DNA of 64,000 nt, from positions 25,797 to 89,796 of the forward strand of contig JBNJGB010000024.1 in NCBI GenBank assembly GCA_051747385.1, written 5' to 3'. A program made the position numbers and the translations under genes. The notes beneath the pieces are model-generated. The model saw nothing but the letters and a program-made list of their open reading frames with translations. It had not been told where the DNA came from and ran no database searches. This document shows positions 1 through 10,425 of this stretch, piece by piece. This DNA is from Myxococcota bacterium (GTDB lineage: Bacteria; Myxococcota_A; UBA9042; PHBI01; JACKFB01). The first letter of the stretch is position 1, and each line of letters opens with the position of its first letter.

Positions 1-1172
1 ACGAAGCGCTCGAACCACATGCCGATGTTGACGAAGATCGACAGGACGAACAGGGCGATGGGGCTGCGGCGGACCTTCTTGAACCACACGAACTGGGGCG
101 AGATGACGTTGCAGCTCACCATGATCCAGTAGGCCCAGGAGTAGTCGCCGAAGGCGCGGTTGACGAAGGCGAACGACTCGTAGGGGTTGCCGGAGTACCA
201 GGCGATGAAGAACTCCATCGCGTAGGCGTAGCCGACCAGCGAGCCGGTCAGGAGGATGATCTTCGCCATGTTCTCGAGGTGCTTGATGGTGATGAGGTGC
301 TCGAGATCGAAGATCTTCCGGATGGGGATGAGCAGCGTCAGCACCATCGCGAAGCCGGAAAAGATGGCGCCCGCGACGAAGTAGGGGGGGAAGATGGTGG
401 TGTGCCAGCCGGGGAGCTGGGCCACCGCGAAGTCGAAGGACACGATGGTGTGCACGGACAGCACGAGCGGCGTCGCGAGGCCGGCGAGGATGAGGTAGGC
501 GATCTCGTAGTGCTGCCAGTGCCGGTTGGAGCCGCGCCAGCCCAGGGAGAAGATGCCGTAGGCGATCTTCCGGGCCCGCGTCCTGGCGCGGTCGCGCATC
601 GTGGCGAGGTCGGGGATCAGGCCGACGTACCAGAACAGCAGCGAGACGGTGAAGTAGGTGGACACCGCGAAGACGTCCCAGAGCAGCGGGCTCCGGAACT
701 GGGGCCACATGCCCATCTGGTTGGGGATGGGGAACATGTAGTAGGCGACCCAGATACGGCCGACGTGGATGCCGGGGAAGAGACCCGCGCACATGACGGC
801 GAAGATGGTCATCGCCTCTGCCGAGCGGTTGATCGACGTCCGCCACTTCTGCCGGAACAGAAAGAGGATGGCGGAGATGAGCGTCCCGGCGTGGCCGATG
901 CCGACCCACCAGACGAAGTTGACGATGGCCCAGCCCCAGCCGACGGGGTTGTTCAGGCCCCAGACGCCGATGCCCTCCCAGATGAGCCACGCCACGCTGG
1001 CGCCCAGGACGCCCAGCAGGGACAGGCTCGCCAGGAAGACGATCCACCACTTCCGCCAGTCGGTGCGCTCCATCGGGGAGGCCACCGCGTCGGTCAGGTC
1101 CTTGAAGTTGTCCTTCCCGAGGACGAGCGGCGTGCGTCCGGAGACCGGATCCAGGTCGTAGTTCACCGACAT
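1..1172 (-). CDS. actC: ACIII subunit ActC (NrfD/PsrC-like polytopic quinol-interacting membrane subunit); C-terminus lies beyond the window start
   Basis: Not in the ORF track because it is truncated at the window edge. Minus-strand translation from the ATG at 1172 gives [53 protein letters not shown]..., a highly hydrophobic NrfD-type protein. The start is 4 nt downstream of the actB stop. Confidence 0.75.
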   Translation of the reverse strand, partial: MSVNYDLDPVSGRTPLVLGKDNFKDLTDAVASPMERTDWRKWWIVFLASLSLLGVLGASVAWLIWEGIGVWGLNNPVGWGWAIVNFVWWVGIGHAGTLISAILFLFRQKWRTSINRSAEAMTIFAVMCAGLFPGIHVGRIWVAYYMFPIPNQMGMWPQFRSPLLWDVFAVSTYFTVSLLFWYVGLIPDLATMRDRARTRARKIAYGIFSLGWRGSNRHWQHYEIAYLILAGLATPLVLSVHTIVSFDFAVAQLPGWHTTIFPPYFVAGAIFSGFAMVLTLLIPIRKIFDLEHLITIKHLENMAKIILLTGSLVGYAYAMEFFIAWYSGNPYESFAFVNRAFGDYSWAYWIMVSCNVISPQFVWFKKVRRSPIALFVLSIFVNIGMWFERF

Positions 1173-1176
1173 CTCG

Positions 1177-4100
1177 CTACACCAGTTCCGGGTTGGGGTT
1201 GCGGAGCTTCGCCAGGTACGAGGTCCGTGGCTTGACGTTCAACTCGCTCATCATCACGTAGTCGCGAGGCTGCTTCTTGGCGCGGGAGACGCGGCTGTCC
1301 GGGTCCGCCACGTCGCCGAAGACGATGGCGCCGGTCGGGCACGTCTGCTGGCAGGCGGTCTGGATGGCGCCGTCCTCCACCACGCCGTCGCCGTCGACCT
1401 TCGCGTCGATCTGCGCCTGGTTGATGCGCTGCACGCAGTACGTGCACTTCTCCATCACACCCCGGAACCGGACGGTGACGTCCGGGTTCTTCTGCATCTG
1501 GTGCAGCGGGTGGACGTCCTGGTTGAAGTTGAAGAAATTGAAGCGCCGGACCTTGAACGGGCAGTTGTTGGCGCAGTACCGCGTGCCGATGCACCGGTTG
1601 TAGGCCATGTCGTTGAGCCCGTCCGGGCTGTGGGTCGTCGCCGCCACCGGGCAGACGGTCTCGCAGGGCGCGTTCTCGCACTGCATGCAGGGGACCGGCT
1701 GGACGACGGCGTCGGGCTGGTCCGGGTCGTCGCCCACGTAGTAGCGGTCGATGCGGATCCAGTGCATCTCGCGGCCCTCGAGCACCCGCTCCTTGCCCAC
1801 GACCGGGATATTGTTCTCGGAGTTGCAGGCCACCGTGCAGGCGTTGCAGCCGATGCAGGCGTTGAGATCGATGCTCATGCCCCACTGCTGCTTGCCGGTG
1901 AGCGCAGGCTCCTCGAAGGGCGAGCGGATCATCTCCGGCTCGAGGATCTCCCCGTCCTCGACGAACTTCGGGTGCTCCCGGTACTCGGCGAGGGTGGCCT
2001 CCCGGGCCATGGGGCGCTTGTCGTACCCGAAGCCCGGCTCCAGCGTGTCGTGGTGCTGGGTGGTCGCGAGCGTGTAGGTGCCGGCAGCCTTCGTCACGCT
2101 GGCGCCACTCGCGAACCACTGCGCTCCGGTCGTGCGGAGCGTGTAGGTGTCGAAGCCGCAGTCGGCGGCGACGACGCCCAGGCTCTTCCGGCCGTAGCCG
2201 AGGGGGAGCACGACCGTGTCCTCGGCCACGCCCGGCGTGGGCCAGGCCGGGAGCTCGAGGCTGCGCCCGCCGTGGGAGACGGTGAGCATGTCCCCGGCGG
2301 TCACGCCGAGCCTGCCCGCCGTCTTCGGGGCGATGAGGGCGGCGTTGTCCCAGGTGAGCTTGGTGATGGGGTCCGGGATCTCCTGGAGCCAGCCGTTGTT
2401 GGCGAAGCGGCCGTCGAAGATCGTGGGATCCAGGATGAAGTCGATCTCGAAGCCCTCGGCGTCGCCGGCGTCGCCAGGGACGGCGCCCGCCAGGCCCTGA
2501 TAGGTCGGTGACGGGCCGGCCTCGCGGGCGGGCAGGTCGGCGACGCCGCGGTGGAGCCAGCGGCGCCAGTTCTCGTCCGACAGGGCCCCGTCGGTGGCGT
2601 CCTGCCAGAAGCCCTTCACCAGGTCGTGGCCCGTGAGCCACTTGCCCTCGACGATGCGCGCCGCGAGCTCGAGGATGCTCGACGTCTTGTGGAGCGGGGC
2701 GATGAGGGGCTGGACGATGGAGACGGTGCCGTCGGCGGCGCGGAGATCGCCCCACGACTCCAGGTAGTGGCTCGTCGGCAGGTGCCAGTGGGCGACCCGC
2801 GCCGTCTCGTCGCGGTGGGTGCCGGCGTGGAACACGGCCTCGGCACGGGAGAGCTTGTCCCCGAGCTCCAGGTCGGCCGGCGCCGTGTAGGCGGGGTTCG
2901 CGCCCAGGACGATCACCGTGTCGCAGTCGCCGGTGTCGAGCGCCTCGGCCAGCTCCGCCACGGAGTGGAGCTCCGGGAGGTCGTCCTCCGTGTACCAGTG
3001 GACGTGCTTCCCGTCGGCGCCGATCATGGTGTTGACCATGTGGCCGAGCGCGTGGACCCACGCGGGCTGACGCTCGCCGACGACCACCACGGAGCGGCCC
3101 CGGTTGTCCAGCAGGTCCTTCGCGATGGCCTTGACGTGCTCCGTGCCGCGAGGGTGGGCGTCGAAGGTCGCGTCGCCGAGCTTGCCCGCGGCGCCCGGAG
3201 CGTTCATCCCGTGGCCGTCCAGCAGCTCGGAGGCCAGGGCTTGGAGGAAGTCGCCCACCCGCGTTCCCTTCACGGCGAGGCGGTGGTCCGCCATGGCGGC
3301 CGTGACCGAGAACATCGGCCCGACCGCGTACAGGCGGTTCATCTCGTCCTTCGGGCCCTCGACCCGGCGGCCGTCGGAGAAATGCCGGGCCGCGGCGACC
3401 GCGTCCCCCTCGGTGTGGAGGAAGTCGCTGTCCAGGGAGACGACGACCTTCGCGCCCTCCAGGTCGTAGCGCGCGGCGGCCCTGTCACCGGCGGCGAGGG
3501 CGGCGCCGGCGCGCGCGTTGGCGGGCCAGGCCGGGTCCGAGACGACGATGCGGACCTGCGGGAAGGCCTCCTTGAAGGAGGAGAGCAGGCCCCGGAAGGT
3601 CGGCGAGACCACCGACTCCACCACGAGGGCCATGGAGGCGCAGTCGTTGTCGCGGGCGGCGGCCAGAGTCTCGTCGAACGCGGCCCAGGCCTTCTTCCAG
3701 GTGGTCTGCTGCTCGCCGTGGTACGGCTTCGTCGACCGCTCGGGGTCGTACAGCCCCAGGATCGACGCCTGCGCGTACGTGCTCGCGGCGCCGAGGGAGC
3801 CCGGATGCTCAGGGTTGCCCTCGATCTTGGTGGGCCGGCCGTCCTGGCTCTCGACCACCAGGGCCTGCACCGCGGCGCCGAGCTGGAAGGCCGTCGCGTA
3901 GAAGTTCGGGCGACCGGGGATGCGGTCCTCCGGACGCCTCGCGAACGGCATGATGTGCTCGGCCGGCTTCCGCACGCACCCTGCGATGCCGGTCCCCGCG
4001 AGGGCGGCGCTCGCGCCCATCAGCCCCATGAACTTGCGGCGGCTGACCCCGTCCACCTCCAGCTCGGCGGCGTCGGGCGTAAACTCCGGGGCGGGCGGCG

Positions 4101-4182
4101 CCGAGGGGCCGGGCGGCGAGGCCAGCTCCTCCAGGCTACGCCACTGTCGCCTGGTCTTCTTGGTGTCGCTCATCGGTGGCAC
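1177..4182 (-). CDS. actB: ACIII subunit ActB: molybdopterin-oxidoreductase-like domain fused to a 4Fe-4S ferredoxin domain, with a Tat signal
   Basis: 1001 aa. Twin-arginine motif [19 protein letters not shown]. Four Cys clusters: [46 protein letters not shown] and CTYCVQRI. The gene order with actA and actC is typical of ACIII. Confidence 0.85.
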   Translation of the reverse strand: MPPMSDTKKTRRQWRSLEELASPPGPSAPPAPEFTPDAAELEVDGVSRRKFMGLMGASAALAGTGIAGCVRKPAEHIMPFARRPEDRIPGRPNFYATAFQLGAAVQALVVESQDGRPTKIEGNPEHPGSLGAASTYAQASILGLYDPERSTKPYHGEQQTTWKKAWAAFDETLAAARDNDCASMALVVESVVSPTFRGLLSSFKEAFPQVRIVVSDPAWPANARAGAALAAGDRAAARYDLEGAKVVVSLDSDFLHTEGDAVAAARHFSDGRRVEGPKDEMNRLYAVGPMFSVTAAMADHRLAVKGTRVGDFLQALASELLDGHGMNAPGAAGKLGDATFDAHPRGTEHVKAIAKDLLDNRGRSVVVVGERQPAWVHALGHMVNTMIGADGKHVHWYTEDDLPELHSVAELAEALDTGDCDTVIVLGANPAYTAPADLELGDKLSRAEAVFHAGTHRDETARVAHWHLPTSHYLESWGDLRAADGTVSIVQPLIAPLHKTSSILELAARIVEGKWLTGHDLVKGFWQDATDGALSDENWRRWLHRGVADLPAREAGPSPTYQGLAGAVPGDAGDAEGFEIDFILDPTIFDGRFANNGWLQEIPDPITKLTWDNAALIAPKTAGRLGVTAGDMLTVSHGGRSLELPAWPTPGVAEDTVVLPLGYGRKSLGVVAADCGFDTYTLRTTGAQWFASGASVTKAAGTYTLATTQHHDTLEPGFGYDKRPMAREATLAEYREHPKFVEDGEILEPEMIRSPFEEPALTGKQQWGMSIDLNACIGCNACTVACNSENNIPVVGKERVLEGREMHWIRIDRYYVGDDPDQPDAVVQPVPCMQCENAPCETVCPVAATTHSPDGLNDMAYNRCIGTRYCANNCPFKVRRFNFFNFNQDVHPLHQMQKNPDVTVRFRGVMEKCTYCVQRINQAQIDAKVDGDGVVEDGAIQTACQQTCPTGAIVFGDVADPDSRVSRAKKQPRDYVMMSELNVKPRTSYLAKLRNPNPELV

Positions 4183-4817
4183 CCCGAGCAGTGTTCAGGA
4201 GGGTTCACCGCGCGGGTCCGGTTCGGGTCCTGCGCCGGGTCGTAGTCGGCGGTGGCCGGATCCCACTCCATGTCGGTGACCTGGTCCAACGGCCGGAGGT
4301 TGGGCTCCGGATCCCGGTGGCAGTCCAGGCACCAGCTCATGGACAGCGGCTTCTGGAGGGTCACGACCTTCATCTGGTCGATGCGTCCGTGACACGACGA
4401 GCAGCCGACGCCCGCGGCCACGTGGACGCTGTGGTCGAAGTAGGCGTAGTCCGGCACCTGGTGGACGCGCACCCATGGCACGGGCTCTCCCGTCTCCCAG
4501 GACTCGCGGACCGGGGCCAGCTTCGGGCTCTCCGCGCGCACCTGCGTGTGGCAGTTCATGCACGTGGCGGTCGGCGGGATGGCCGCCTTCGCCGCCACCT
4601 CGACGGTGTTGTGGCAGTAGCGGCAGTCCATGCCCAGGTCGCCGGCGTGCAGCGCGTGGCTGAAGGGGACCGGCTGCTCCGGCCGATAGCCCACGTCGGT
4701 GTACCAGGGCGAGAACCAGTACCACACCGCCCCGACCACGCCGACCAGGACCAGCGGCGCGCCGACGCCGATGGCGGCGGGAATCTTGTTCGTCCAGCGG
4801 GGAAAGATGGCCGCCAC
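4170..4817 (-). CDS. actA: ACIII subunit ActA, membrane-anchored pentaheme cytochrome c
   Basis: 215 aa with an N-terminal TM helix and five CxxCH motifs (CRYCH, CMNCH, CSSCH, CLDCH, CSGCH). It overlaps the actB start by 13 nt. Confidence 0.85.
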   Translation of the reverse strand: MAAIFPRWTNKIPAAIGVGAPLVLVGVVGAVWYWFSPWYTDVGYRPEQPVPFSHALHAGDLGMDCRYCHNTVEVAAKAAIPPTATCMNCHTQVRAESPKLAPVRESWETGEPVPWVRVHQVPDYAYFDHSVHVAAGVGCSSCHGRIDQMKVVTLQKPLSMSWCLDCHRDPEPNLRPLDQVTDMEWDPATADYDPAQDPNRTRAVNPPEHCSGCHR

Positions 4818-5162
4818 GTCAATCCACCTTCGTCAACGGTTCCGTGGTTCGCAGCGTGCCGCCTGAGGCGACTGCCGGGCACTCGGACCCGGCGCTGGGA
4901 GGGCCGGATTTCGACCCCCCGGGGCGATATCGGGCGCGGACGGTACCAGCACGGTCGCCGGTAGGCAATAGCTCGATCGGGCCCTGTGGGCGACCCCGTC
5001 GGGCGTGCTGCATGTCGTTGGAACTATTCGTGTTCATGTGCTCTTCGCGAGCCTCGTGTGAGCCGCCCCGGAGCACCCTGTGCCGGGTGGGGGAGTGCCA
5101 CGGGGACATGGATCATTCGGAGGGGGCGGTGAGACTCCCATCCCCGCAGGGATCCCTGCCGG

Positions 5163-5846
5163 TCACAGGCGTCCCTCCTCGCCGGCCTCGCGCAGGACGT
5201 GCTGGGCGCGGTGGAACATCTCGTCGACGCCGTCGTCCGTGGACGAGTAGTAGCCGCGGATCCGGCCCAGGTCGTCCACGAGCACCAGCCTGGTGGTGTG
5301 GGCGATGTCGTAGACGTTCGCGTCGATCGGCTTCTTCTCGCCCATGGCCGTCCCGAATCCGTCGACCACGAGCGCCCGGATGTCTTCCTCGGAGCCCGTG
5401 AGGAAGTGCCACCGGTCGAAGTCCACGTCGTACTTCTGCGCGTACTCCCGCAGGACCTCCGGGCGATCGGTCTCGGGGTCGACGGTGACGCTGACCTGCT
5501 CCACCGGGACGCCCGCGCGCTCCACGCGCTCCGCCAGGTCGGCCATGGCGCCGGTGACCATGGGGCACGTGGTGGTGCAGGTCGTGAAGATGAAGCTGGC
5601 CACCCAGACGTCGCCCTCCAGCCCGTCGAGCCCGAAGGCGTCGCCGTCCTGGTCGACCAGCTCGAACTCCGGGACCTCTCCGAGCACCGGCGGCGGGTCC
5701 GGCACCTGGCGGAACAGGGGGCGGGACAGGGTGATGGCCAGGATCCCGAAGACGGTGCCCCACAGCCACGGGTGCTTGCGCAGGGAGCGCTGGATGGGGC
5801 CTCCGCGGTACGCCATGTCGTCCTGCCGAGCGGGCGCGTCGCTCAT
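5163..5846 (-). CDS. SCO1/SenC family copper chaperone (thioredoxin-like; cytochrome oxidase CuA assembly)
   Basis: CTTTCP (CxxxC) motif and an N-terminal TM anchor. The true start, MSDAPARQ at 5846, overlaps the permease stop as ATGA; the longer track ORF 5163..6608 is a frame run-on. Confidence 0.85.
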   Translation of the reverse strand: MSDAPARQDDMAYRGGPIQRSLRKHPWLWGTVFGILAITLSRPLFRQVPDPPPVLGEVPEFELVDQDGDAFGLDGLEGDVWVASFIFTTCTTTCPMVTGAMADLAERVERAGVPVEQVSVTVDPETDRPEVLREYAQKYDVDFDRWHFLTGSEEDIRALVVDGFGTAMGEKKPIDANVYDIAHTTRLVLVDDLGRIRGYYSSTDDGVDEMFHRAQHVLREAGEEGRL

Positions 5847-6703
5847 CGTCCGCTCCTCCCGTGCCGGCCGGAGACGAGGACGGCGAGGCCGCCGGCGGCG
5901 ACCGCGAAGCCGAGCAGGGCGAGCAGCGCCGTCCCGGGCCCGGCGACCGAGGCCGGGGCGACGCCGCCGTGCAGCGCGTGGCGCACCCCGTCGACCATCC
6001 AGGTCATGGGGTTCGCGGCCATCACGGCGTCCATCCAGCCCCCCTGGGGCGGGAACATGGCGCCGGAGACCATCCACAGCGGCAGGAGCAGCACGGCCAT
6101 GATGGCGTGGTAGCCGTGGGTGGAGCCCACGACCCAGGCCAGGCTGAAGCCCAGGCCGACCAGCCCGACGCAGCCCGTGACGAGCGCCGCCAGCAGGGGC
6201 AGCCAGGCGACGTCGCTCAGGGCGTAGCCCGCCAGCGGAGCGGCCAGCAGGCAGAGCAGCGCCTGGACCAGGGCCACCGTGGTCACGCCGGCGGTCTTGC
6301 CGGCCACCAGGGCGGCGCGGGACGCCGGTCCCACCAGGATCTGCTGCAGGAAGCCGTGCTGGCGATCCTCGATGACGGCCATGGTCGCGAAGACCGTGGT
6401 GAAGAGCACCACCATCACCAGGATCCCGGGATAGGACCAAGTGAGGTAGTCGACGCCGTCCAGGCCGGGGATCCGGAAGACCCCCGACATCCCGGCGCCC
6501 AGCAGCGCCCAGAAGATGAGCGGCTGGAGCACGACGCCGATCCAGCGGGAGCGCTCGCGGAGGAGGCGCAGCATGTCGCGGCGCCACAGCGCGCTGATCA
6601 CGCCCCACTCGACGGCGGCGGCCGAGGGACGCGCGCGCTCCTCGGCGGCGGCATCGGCCGCGTCGGGCCGGGGGAGGGTGTGCGCGGAGGAGGACGTGCT
6701 CAC
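5843..6703 (-). CDS. ABC-2 type transporter permease
   Basis: 286 aa with six predicted TM segments. It shows the ABC-2 family pattern and is start/stop coupled to the upstream ATPase and downstream SCO1. Confidence 0.75.
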   Translation of the reverse strand: MSTSSSAHTLPRPDAADAAAEERARPSAAAVEWGVISALWRRDMLRLLRERSRWIGVVLQPLIFWALLGAGMSGVFRIPGLDGVDYLTWSYPGILVMVVLFTTVFATMAVIEDRQHGFLQQILVGPASRAALVAGKTAGVTTVALVQALLCLLAAPLAGYALSDVAWLPLLAALVTGCVGLVGLGFSLAWVVGSTHGYHAIMAVLLLPLWMVSGAMFPPQGGWMDAVMAANPMTWMVDGVRHALHGGVAPASVAGPGTALLALLGFAVAAGGLAVLVSGRHGRSGR

Positions 6704-7656
6704 GCCGCCACCTCCACGCTCTCGTCCGCGTCCAGGGTGTTCCCCGTCCTCTCCAGGAAGACGTCGCCCAGGCCGGGGCGGCGGACGCTCACCGCGTTCA
6801 GGCGGCCGGGGGGCAGGGCCTCGACGATGCGCACCACGACCTCGTGGCCCCGCTCGCAGGTGACGTGCACCTCGCGGCCGTCCACGTGCGGGGACAGGCC
6901 GAGGTGCTCCTCGACGGCGGCGGCCAGCGCCTCGGGATCGTCGCCCTCGAGGACGACGCGATCTCCGCGGAGGTTCGACTTCAGGTCCTCGGGCGTCCCC
7001 TCCGCGACGACCCGGCCGCGGTCCAGCACCACGAGGCGGTCGCAGCGCTCGGCCTCGGCCGGGCGGTGCGTCGTCACCAACACGCCGGTGCCCGCGCGGA
7101 CGGCGAGGTCGGTCACCTGGCGCCAGGTGCGCTGGAACGCCGCCTCGTCGAGACCCGCCGTGGGCTCGTCCAGAAGCAGCAGGCGCGGGCCGTGCATCAT
7201 GGCCCGGGCCAGGTCCAGGCGGCGGCGCATCCCGCCGGAGTAGACCTCGACGGCCTCGCCGGCGCGATCCTCGAGATCCGCGTGGGTCAGGGCGCGCGCG
7301 ACGGCCTCGCGCAGGGCGTGGCCCGACAGGCCCCGCATCCGCCCCGAGAGCTGCAGGTTCTCACGCCCGGTCAGCTTCGCGTCGAGGCTCGGCGCCTGGA
7401 AGACGTACCCGAGGGCCGCGCGGGCCGCCCTGTCGATCCGCTCGAGGGTGCGCTCGAGGAAGCGGATGCTCCCCTCCTGCCGCGGGATCAGCCCGCCCAC
7501 GACGGACAGGAGCGTCGACTTGCCGCTCCCGTTCGGCCCGAGGAGGCCCACGACCTCGCCGGGGCCGACGTGGAGCGACACGCCGTCCAGGACGCGCCGA
7601 TCGCCGAAGCGATGGGCGAGAGCCTCGACCGCGAGCAGGGTGGGGGTGGGGGTCAT
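6700..7656 (-). CDS. ABC transporter ATP-binding protein (ABC-2/NosF-like), 318 aa
   Basis: Walker A GPNGSGKST, signature YSGGMRRR, Walker B LLLLDEPTAGLD. The start MTPTPT at 7656 overlaps the ctaB stop as ATGA; the track ORF 6700..8460 is a run-on. Confidence 0.85.
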   Translation of the reverse strand: MTPTPTLLAVEALAHRFGDRRVLDGVSLHVGPGEVVGLLGPNGSGKSTLLSVVGGLIPRQEGSIRFLERTLERIDRAARAALGYVFQAPSLDAKLTGRENLQLSGRMRGLSGHALREAVARALTHADLEDRAGEAVEVYSGGMRRRLDLARAMMHGPRLLLLDEPTAGLDEAAFQRTWRQVTDLAVRAGTGVLVTTHRPAEAERCDRLVVLDRGRVVAEGTPEDLKSNLRGDRVVLEGDDPEALAAAVEEHLGLSPHVDGREVHVTCERGHEVVVRIVEALPPGRLNAVSVRRPGLGDVFLERTGNTLDADESVEVAA

Positions 7657-8564
7657 GCGAGGAGGAGCCGGTCCAGCACGAACGCGATGGTGAGGAGGGG
7701 GAGATACGCGAGGGACGCGAGGAAGAAGTTGCGGGCCCAGCGGGGACCGGTCTGTGCGCGGAGGCCGGTGAGGCTCCAGGCGAGGAACCCGAGGCCCGAG
7801 CCCAGCGCCACCATCAGGTAGAGGGTGCCGGTCACGCCGAGGGGGGTGAGCAGGAGGCTCACGGGGAGGAGCGCGGTCGTCCAGGCGACCGCCTGGCGCC
7901 GGGCCACCTCGTCGCCGCGGACGATGGGCACGACGCGGATGCCGGCCCGGGCGTAGTCCTTCTTGCGGTACAGGGAGATGGCCAGGAAGTGCGGGAGCTG
8001 CCAGAGCAGAAGGATGCCGAAGAGCACCAGGGCGGGCTCGTCGATGCGGTTCGACGCGGCCGTCCAGCCCATGAGCGGCGGCATGGCGCCGGGCACGGCG
8101 CCGATGATCAGCGCGAGGGGCGTCCGGTACTTGAGCGGGGTGTAGACGGCGACGTAGGAGACCAGGGCGAAGGCGCCGAGGGCCGCCGTCAGGAGGTTGG
8201 TGGTCGTGGCGAGCACCCCCAGGGAGACGACGCCGAGCGTCACGCCGAAGACGAGGGCATTCCGGGGATGCATCCGCCCGGCGGCCACCGGGCGCCGCTT
8301 CGTGCGGGCCATGCGCCGATCGGGCTCGCGCTCCCACCACATGTTCAGGGCGTTGGCGGAGCCCACGGCCATGGCCGTCCCGAGGAGGGCGCCGATGAGG
8401 CCGACCCAGCCGGTCACCTCCGGAGCCAGCCAGAGGCCGGCCGCCGTCATCAGAAGGCACATCCGGGTGATGGACGGCTTGGTGAGGGCCGCGTAGTCGC
8501 CGACGACCTGGCGGAGAGAGCGGGGCGCGGCGGGCGCCGACGCCGTGTGGGGGGCCTGGCTCAA
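7653..8564 (-). CDS. ctaB: Protoheme IX farnesyltransferase (heme O synthase)
   Basis: UbiA-family polytopic protein with the typical LTKPSITRM...NMWWEREPD...VPGAMPPLMGW motifs. The start is uncertain: a TTG at 8564 overlaps the upstream stop as TTGA, and an AGGGGG Shine-Dalgarno sits 7 nt upstream. There is no in-frame ATG before the conserved N-terminus. Confidence 0.75.
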   Translation of the reverse strand: MSQAPHTASAPAAPRSLRQVVGDYAALTKPSITRMCLLMTAAGLWLAPEVTGWVGLIGALLGTAMAVGSANALNMWWEREPDRRMARTKRRPVAAGRMHPRNALVFGVTLGVVSLGVLATTTNLLTAALGAFALVSYVAVYTPLKYRTPLALIIGAVPGAMPPLMGWTAASNRIDEPALVLFGILLLWQLPHFLAISLYRKKDYARAGIRVVPIVRGDEVARRQAVAWTTALLPVSLLLTPLGVTGTLYLMVALGSGLGFLAWSLTGLRAQTGPRWARNFFLASLAYLPLLTIAFVLDRLLLA

Positions 8565-9019
8565 AGGATGACCCCCTGCTGGCCGGTGGTGCAGTACTGG
8601 ATGAGGGCCCGGTAGGCGTTCGTGCACGCCTTCTTGTTGGCGCGGGTCACGTCGTGCTCCTCGCACTTGTGATAGGTCCACTGCGCCCGCGCCGTCTCCG
8701 TGTCCCCGAGGCCGTCGCAGACCTCGCTGCGGTCCCGGGCGGCGAGGCAGTGCTCCATGGCCATGGGCACCGCGTGGTCGCAGAGGGTCTTCATCGCCTC
8801 GCAGCGACCGTTCCAGTCCAGCACCGCGGCCACGCATCCATCCGCGTCGAGTCGCACGCCCATCTCGTCGAACTCGGCCATGCTCTGCTGGATGTGCCGT
8901 TCGGAGGCGCGGTAGTTCCGGAAGGCGAGGACGCCCAACACGATCGCCAACACGAAAACGGTGCCGATCACCACGATCGCACCCCTGGCGGACCTCTCCT
9001 GTTGGTTGTCCTTCCCCAT
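8561..9019 (-). CDS. Hypothetical membrane-anchored Cys/His/Met-rich protein (152 aa)
   Basis: N-terminal TM helix (AIVVIGTVFVLAIVLGVLAF) followed by a soluble domain with 8 Cys, including CDHAVPMAMEHC. It is co-directional with and translationally coupled to ctaB. Confidence 0.5.
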   Translation of the reverse strand: MGKDNQQERSARGAIVVIGTVFVLAIVLGVLAFRNYRASERHIQQSMAEFDEMGVRLDADGCVAAVLDWNGRCEAMKTLCDHAVPMAMEHCLAARDRSEVCDGLGDTETARAQWTYHKCEEHDVTRANKKACTNAYRALIQYCTTGQQGVIL

Positions 9020-9180
9020 AGCGGCGCCTCTCTACGTGGACGAAGTGGGGCGTGTCAACGACGGGATCCGGGTTCACTTCTGGTTAAGTCGTGATTCCAG
9101 AAACCGCGTCGTTGAGCACGTTCAGCGCCCGTGGGGGCCAGGGCGTTGACGCGACCTCTCCGGGGGGTTACGGGCGAGGG

Positions 9181-10134
9181 ATGGTAGCACGCGAAGCCGA
9201 TCCCGTGGTCGTCGAGCGGGCGCTTTCGGTCCTCCGTGACGGCGGATGCGTCGCCCTCCCCACGGAGACCGTGTACGGCCTGGCCGTGGACGCCCGATCG
9301 GAGGCCGCGATCCGCCACCTGTTCGCGATCAAGGGGCGCCCGGCCGACCGCCCCCTGCCGGTCCTTCTGCCGGACGCCGGGGCGATGGGGGGCTGGGCCG
9401 AGGAGGTCCCGGAGGCCGCGCGGAGGCTGGCCGACGCGTTCTGGCCCGGCCCGCTCACCCTCGTCCTGCGGCGCGCGCCGGGCTTGCCCGACGTGCTGAC
9501 CGCCGGCGGCCCCACGATCGGGCTCCGCGTGCCCGATCACCCTGCGGCCCTGGCCGTGCTCCGCGCCTTCGGGGACGGCCTCGCGACCCCCTCGGCGAAC
9601 CGCCACGGGACGGTGAGCGCCACGAGCGCGGAGGGCGTGCGGCGGGACCTGGGCGAGGACGTGGACCTCGTGGTGGACGGCGGGCCGTGCGAGGTGGGCG
9701 TCGAGTCCACGGTGGTGGACGTCAGCGGACCGCGGCCCCGCGTCCTGCGCGCCGGAGCCGTCGGCCGGGAGGACCTGCAGCGGGCCCTGGGCTCGGACCT
9801 CCCGCTCGAGGGTGGCGAGGCCGGGGCCGTGACCGCGTTCCGGCCGGGGACTCGCACGGAGATCGTGCCCCGGGAGGCGATCGAGGCGCGGGCGCGCGGG
9901 TGCGTGGCTCGGGGCGAGGAGGTCGTGGTCCTCGTCACCCCGGGTCTCCTTGCGCTGCCCGAGGCGGTCCGGCGGGTGGGGCTCCCGGCCGACGAGGGCG
10001 AGCGGCGCCGGTCGTTCTACGTCCTCCTGCGGGAGGCCGACGCCGCCGGCGCGGACCGCGTCCTCGTGGAGGAGCCTCCCGATACCGCCTGGGGGCGGGC
10101 CATCCGGGAGCGATTGCGGGCGGCCTCGCCGTAG
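9181..10134 (+). CDS. tsaC: L-threonylcarbamoyladenylate synthase (YrdC domain plus Sua5 C-terminal domain)
   Basis: LPTETVYGLAVD motif, and GLRVPDHP. The ORF extends to 9091 but the M at 9181 (MVAREADPVV) fits the family N-terminus. Confidence 0.8.
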   Translation: MVAREADPVVVERALSVLRDGGCVALPTETVYGLAVDARSEAAIRHLFAIKGRPADRPLPVLLPDAGAMGGWAEEVPEAARRLADAFWPGPLTLVLRRAPGLPDVLTAGGPTIGLRVPDHPAALAVLRAFGDGLATPSANRHGTVSATSAEGVRRDLGEDVDLVVDGGPCEVGVESTVVDVSGPRPRVLRAGAVGREDLQRALGSDLPLEGGEAGAVTAFRPGTRTEIVPREAIEARARGCVARGEEVVVLVTPGLLALPEAVRRVGLPADEGERRRSFYVLLREADAAGADRVLVEEPPDTAWGRAIRERLRAASP

Positions 10135-10284
10135 GCGGGGCGCTCTCGCAGGTCGGAGCATCGATCGCCGCCGGGGGCGGCGGCGGTCCGACTGCATCGT
10201 CCCCGTGTCCTCCGCGCCTTCGCGGCTTGGCGCCTTTGCGCGAGCCTTTGGGAGCCGGGGAGAGGAGTCTGAACGACCCGCGTC

Positions 10285-10329
10285 CCCGAAAGGGAAAGGC
10301 CCCCGCCGCCTCGAGGGCGACGGGGGCCT
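10285..10329 (-). terminator. Putative intrinsic terminator downstream of tRNA-Glu
   Basis: On the minus strand, a GC hairpin (GGCCCCCGTCGCC-CTCGA-GGCGGCGGGGGCC, about a 12-bp stem) is followed by CCTTTCCCTTTC. Confidence 0.4.
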
Positions 10330-10332
10330 TCC

Positions 10333-10408
10333 TGGCGTCCCCAGAGGGAATCGAACCCTCGTTACCGGCTTGAAAGGCCAGCGTCCTGGGCCACTAGACG
10401 ATGGGGAC
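10333..10408 (-). tRNA. tRNA-Glu (anticodon TTC), CCA encoded
   Basis: Reverse complement is GTCCCCATCGTCTAGTGGCCCAGGACGCTGGCCTTTCAAGCCGGTAACGAGGGTTCGATTCCCTCTGGGGACGCCA. This is near-identical in architecture to canonical bacterial tRNA-Glu, with anticodon loop CTTTCAA. Confidence 0.85.
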
Positions 10409-10425
10409 CCGATCGGTCGTTGTCG

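Noticed and set aside
279-1235. 318-aa plus-strand ORF (and similar long ORFs antisense to real genes, e.g. 2551..4245+, 10603..12063+, 12190..13950+, 16139..18181+, 19032..20762-, 23884..25284-, 45772..48660+, 51678..54098-, 54435..56612-)
   Set aside because: These are extremely Arg/Pro/Gly/Asp-rich low-complexity translations lying exactly antisense to, or frame-shifted on, genes with clear family motifs. They are the typical open frames of roughly 70% GC DNA. None has a recognisable motif or a Shine-Dalgarno.
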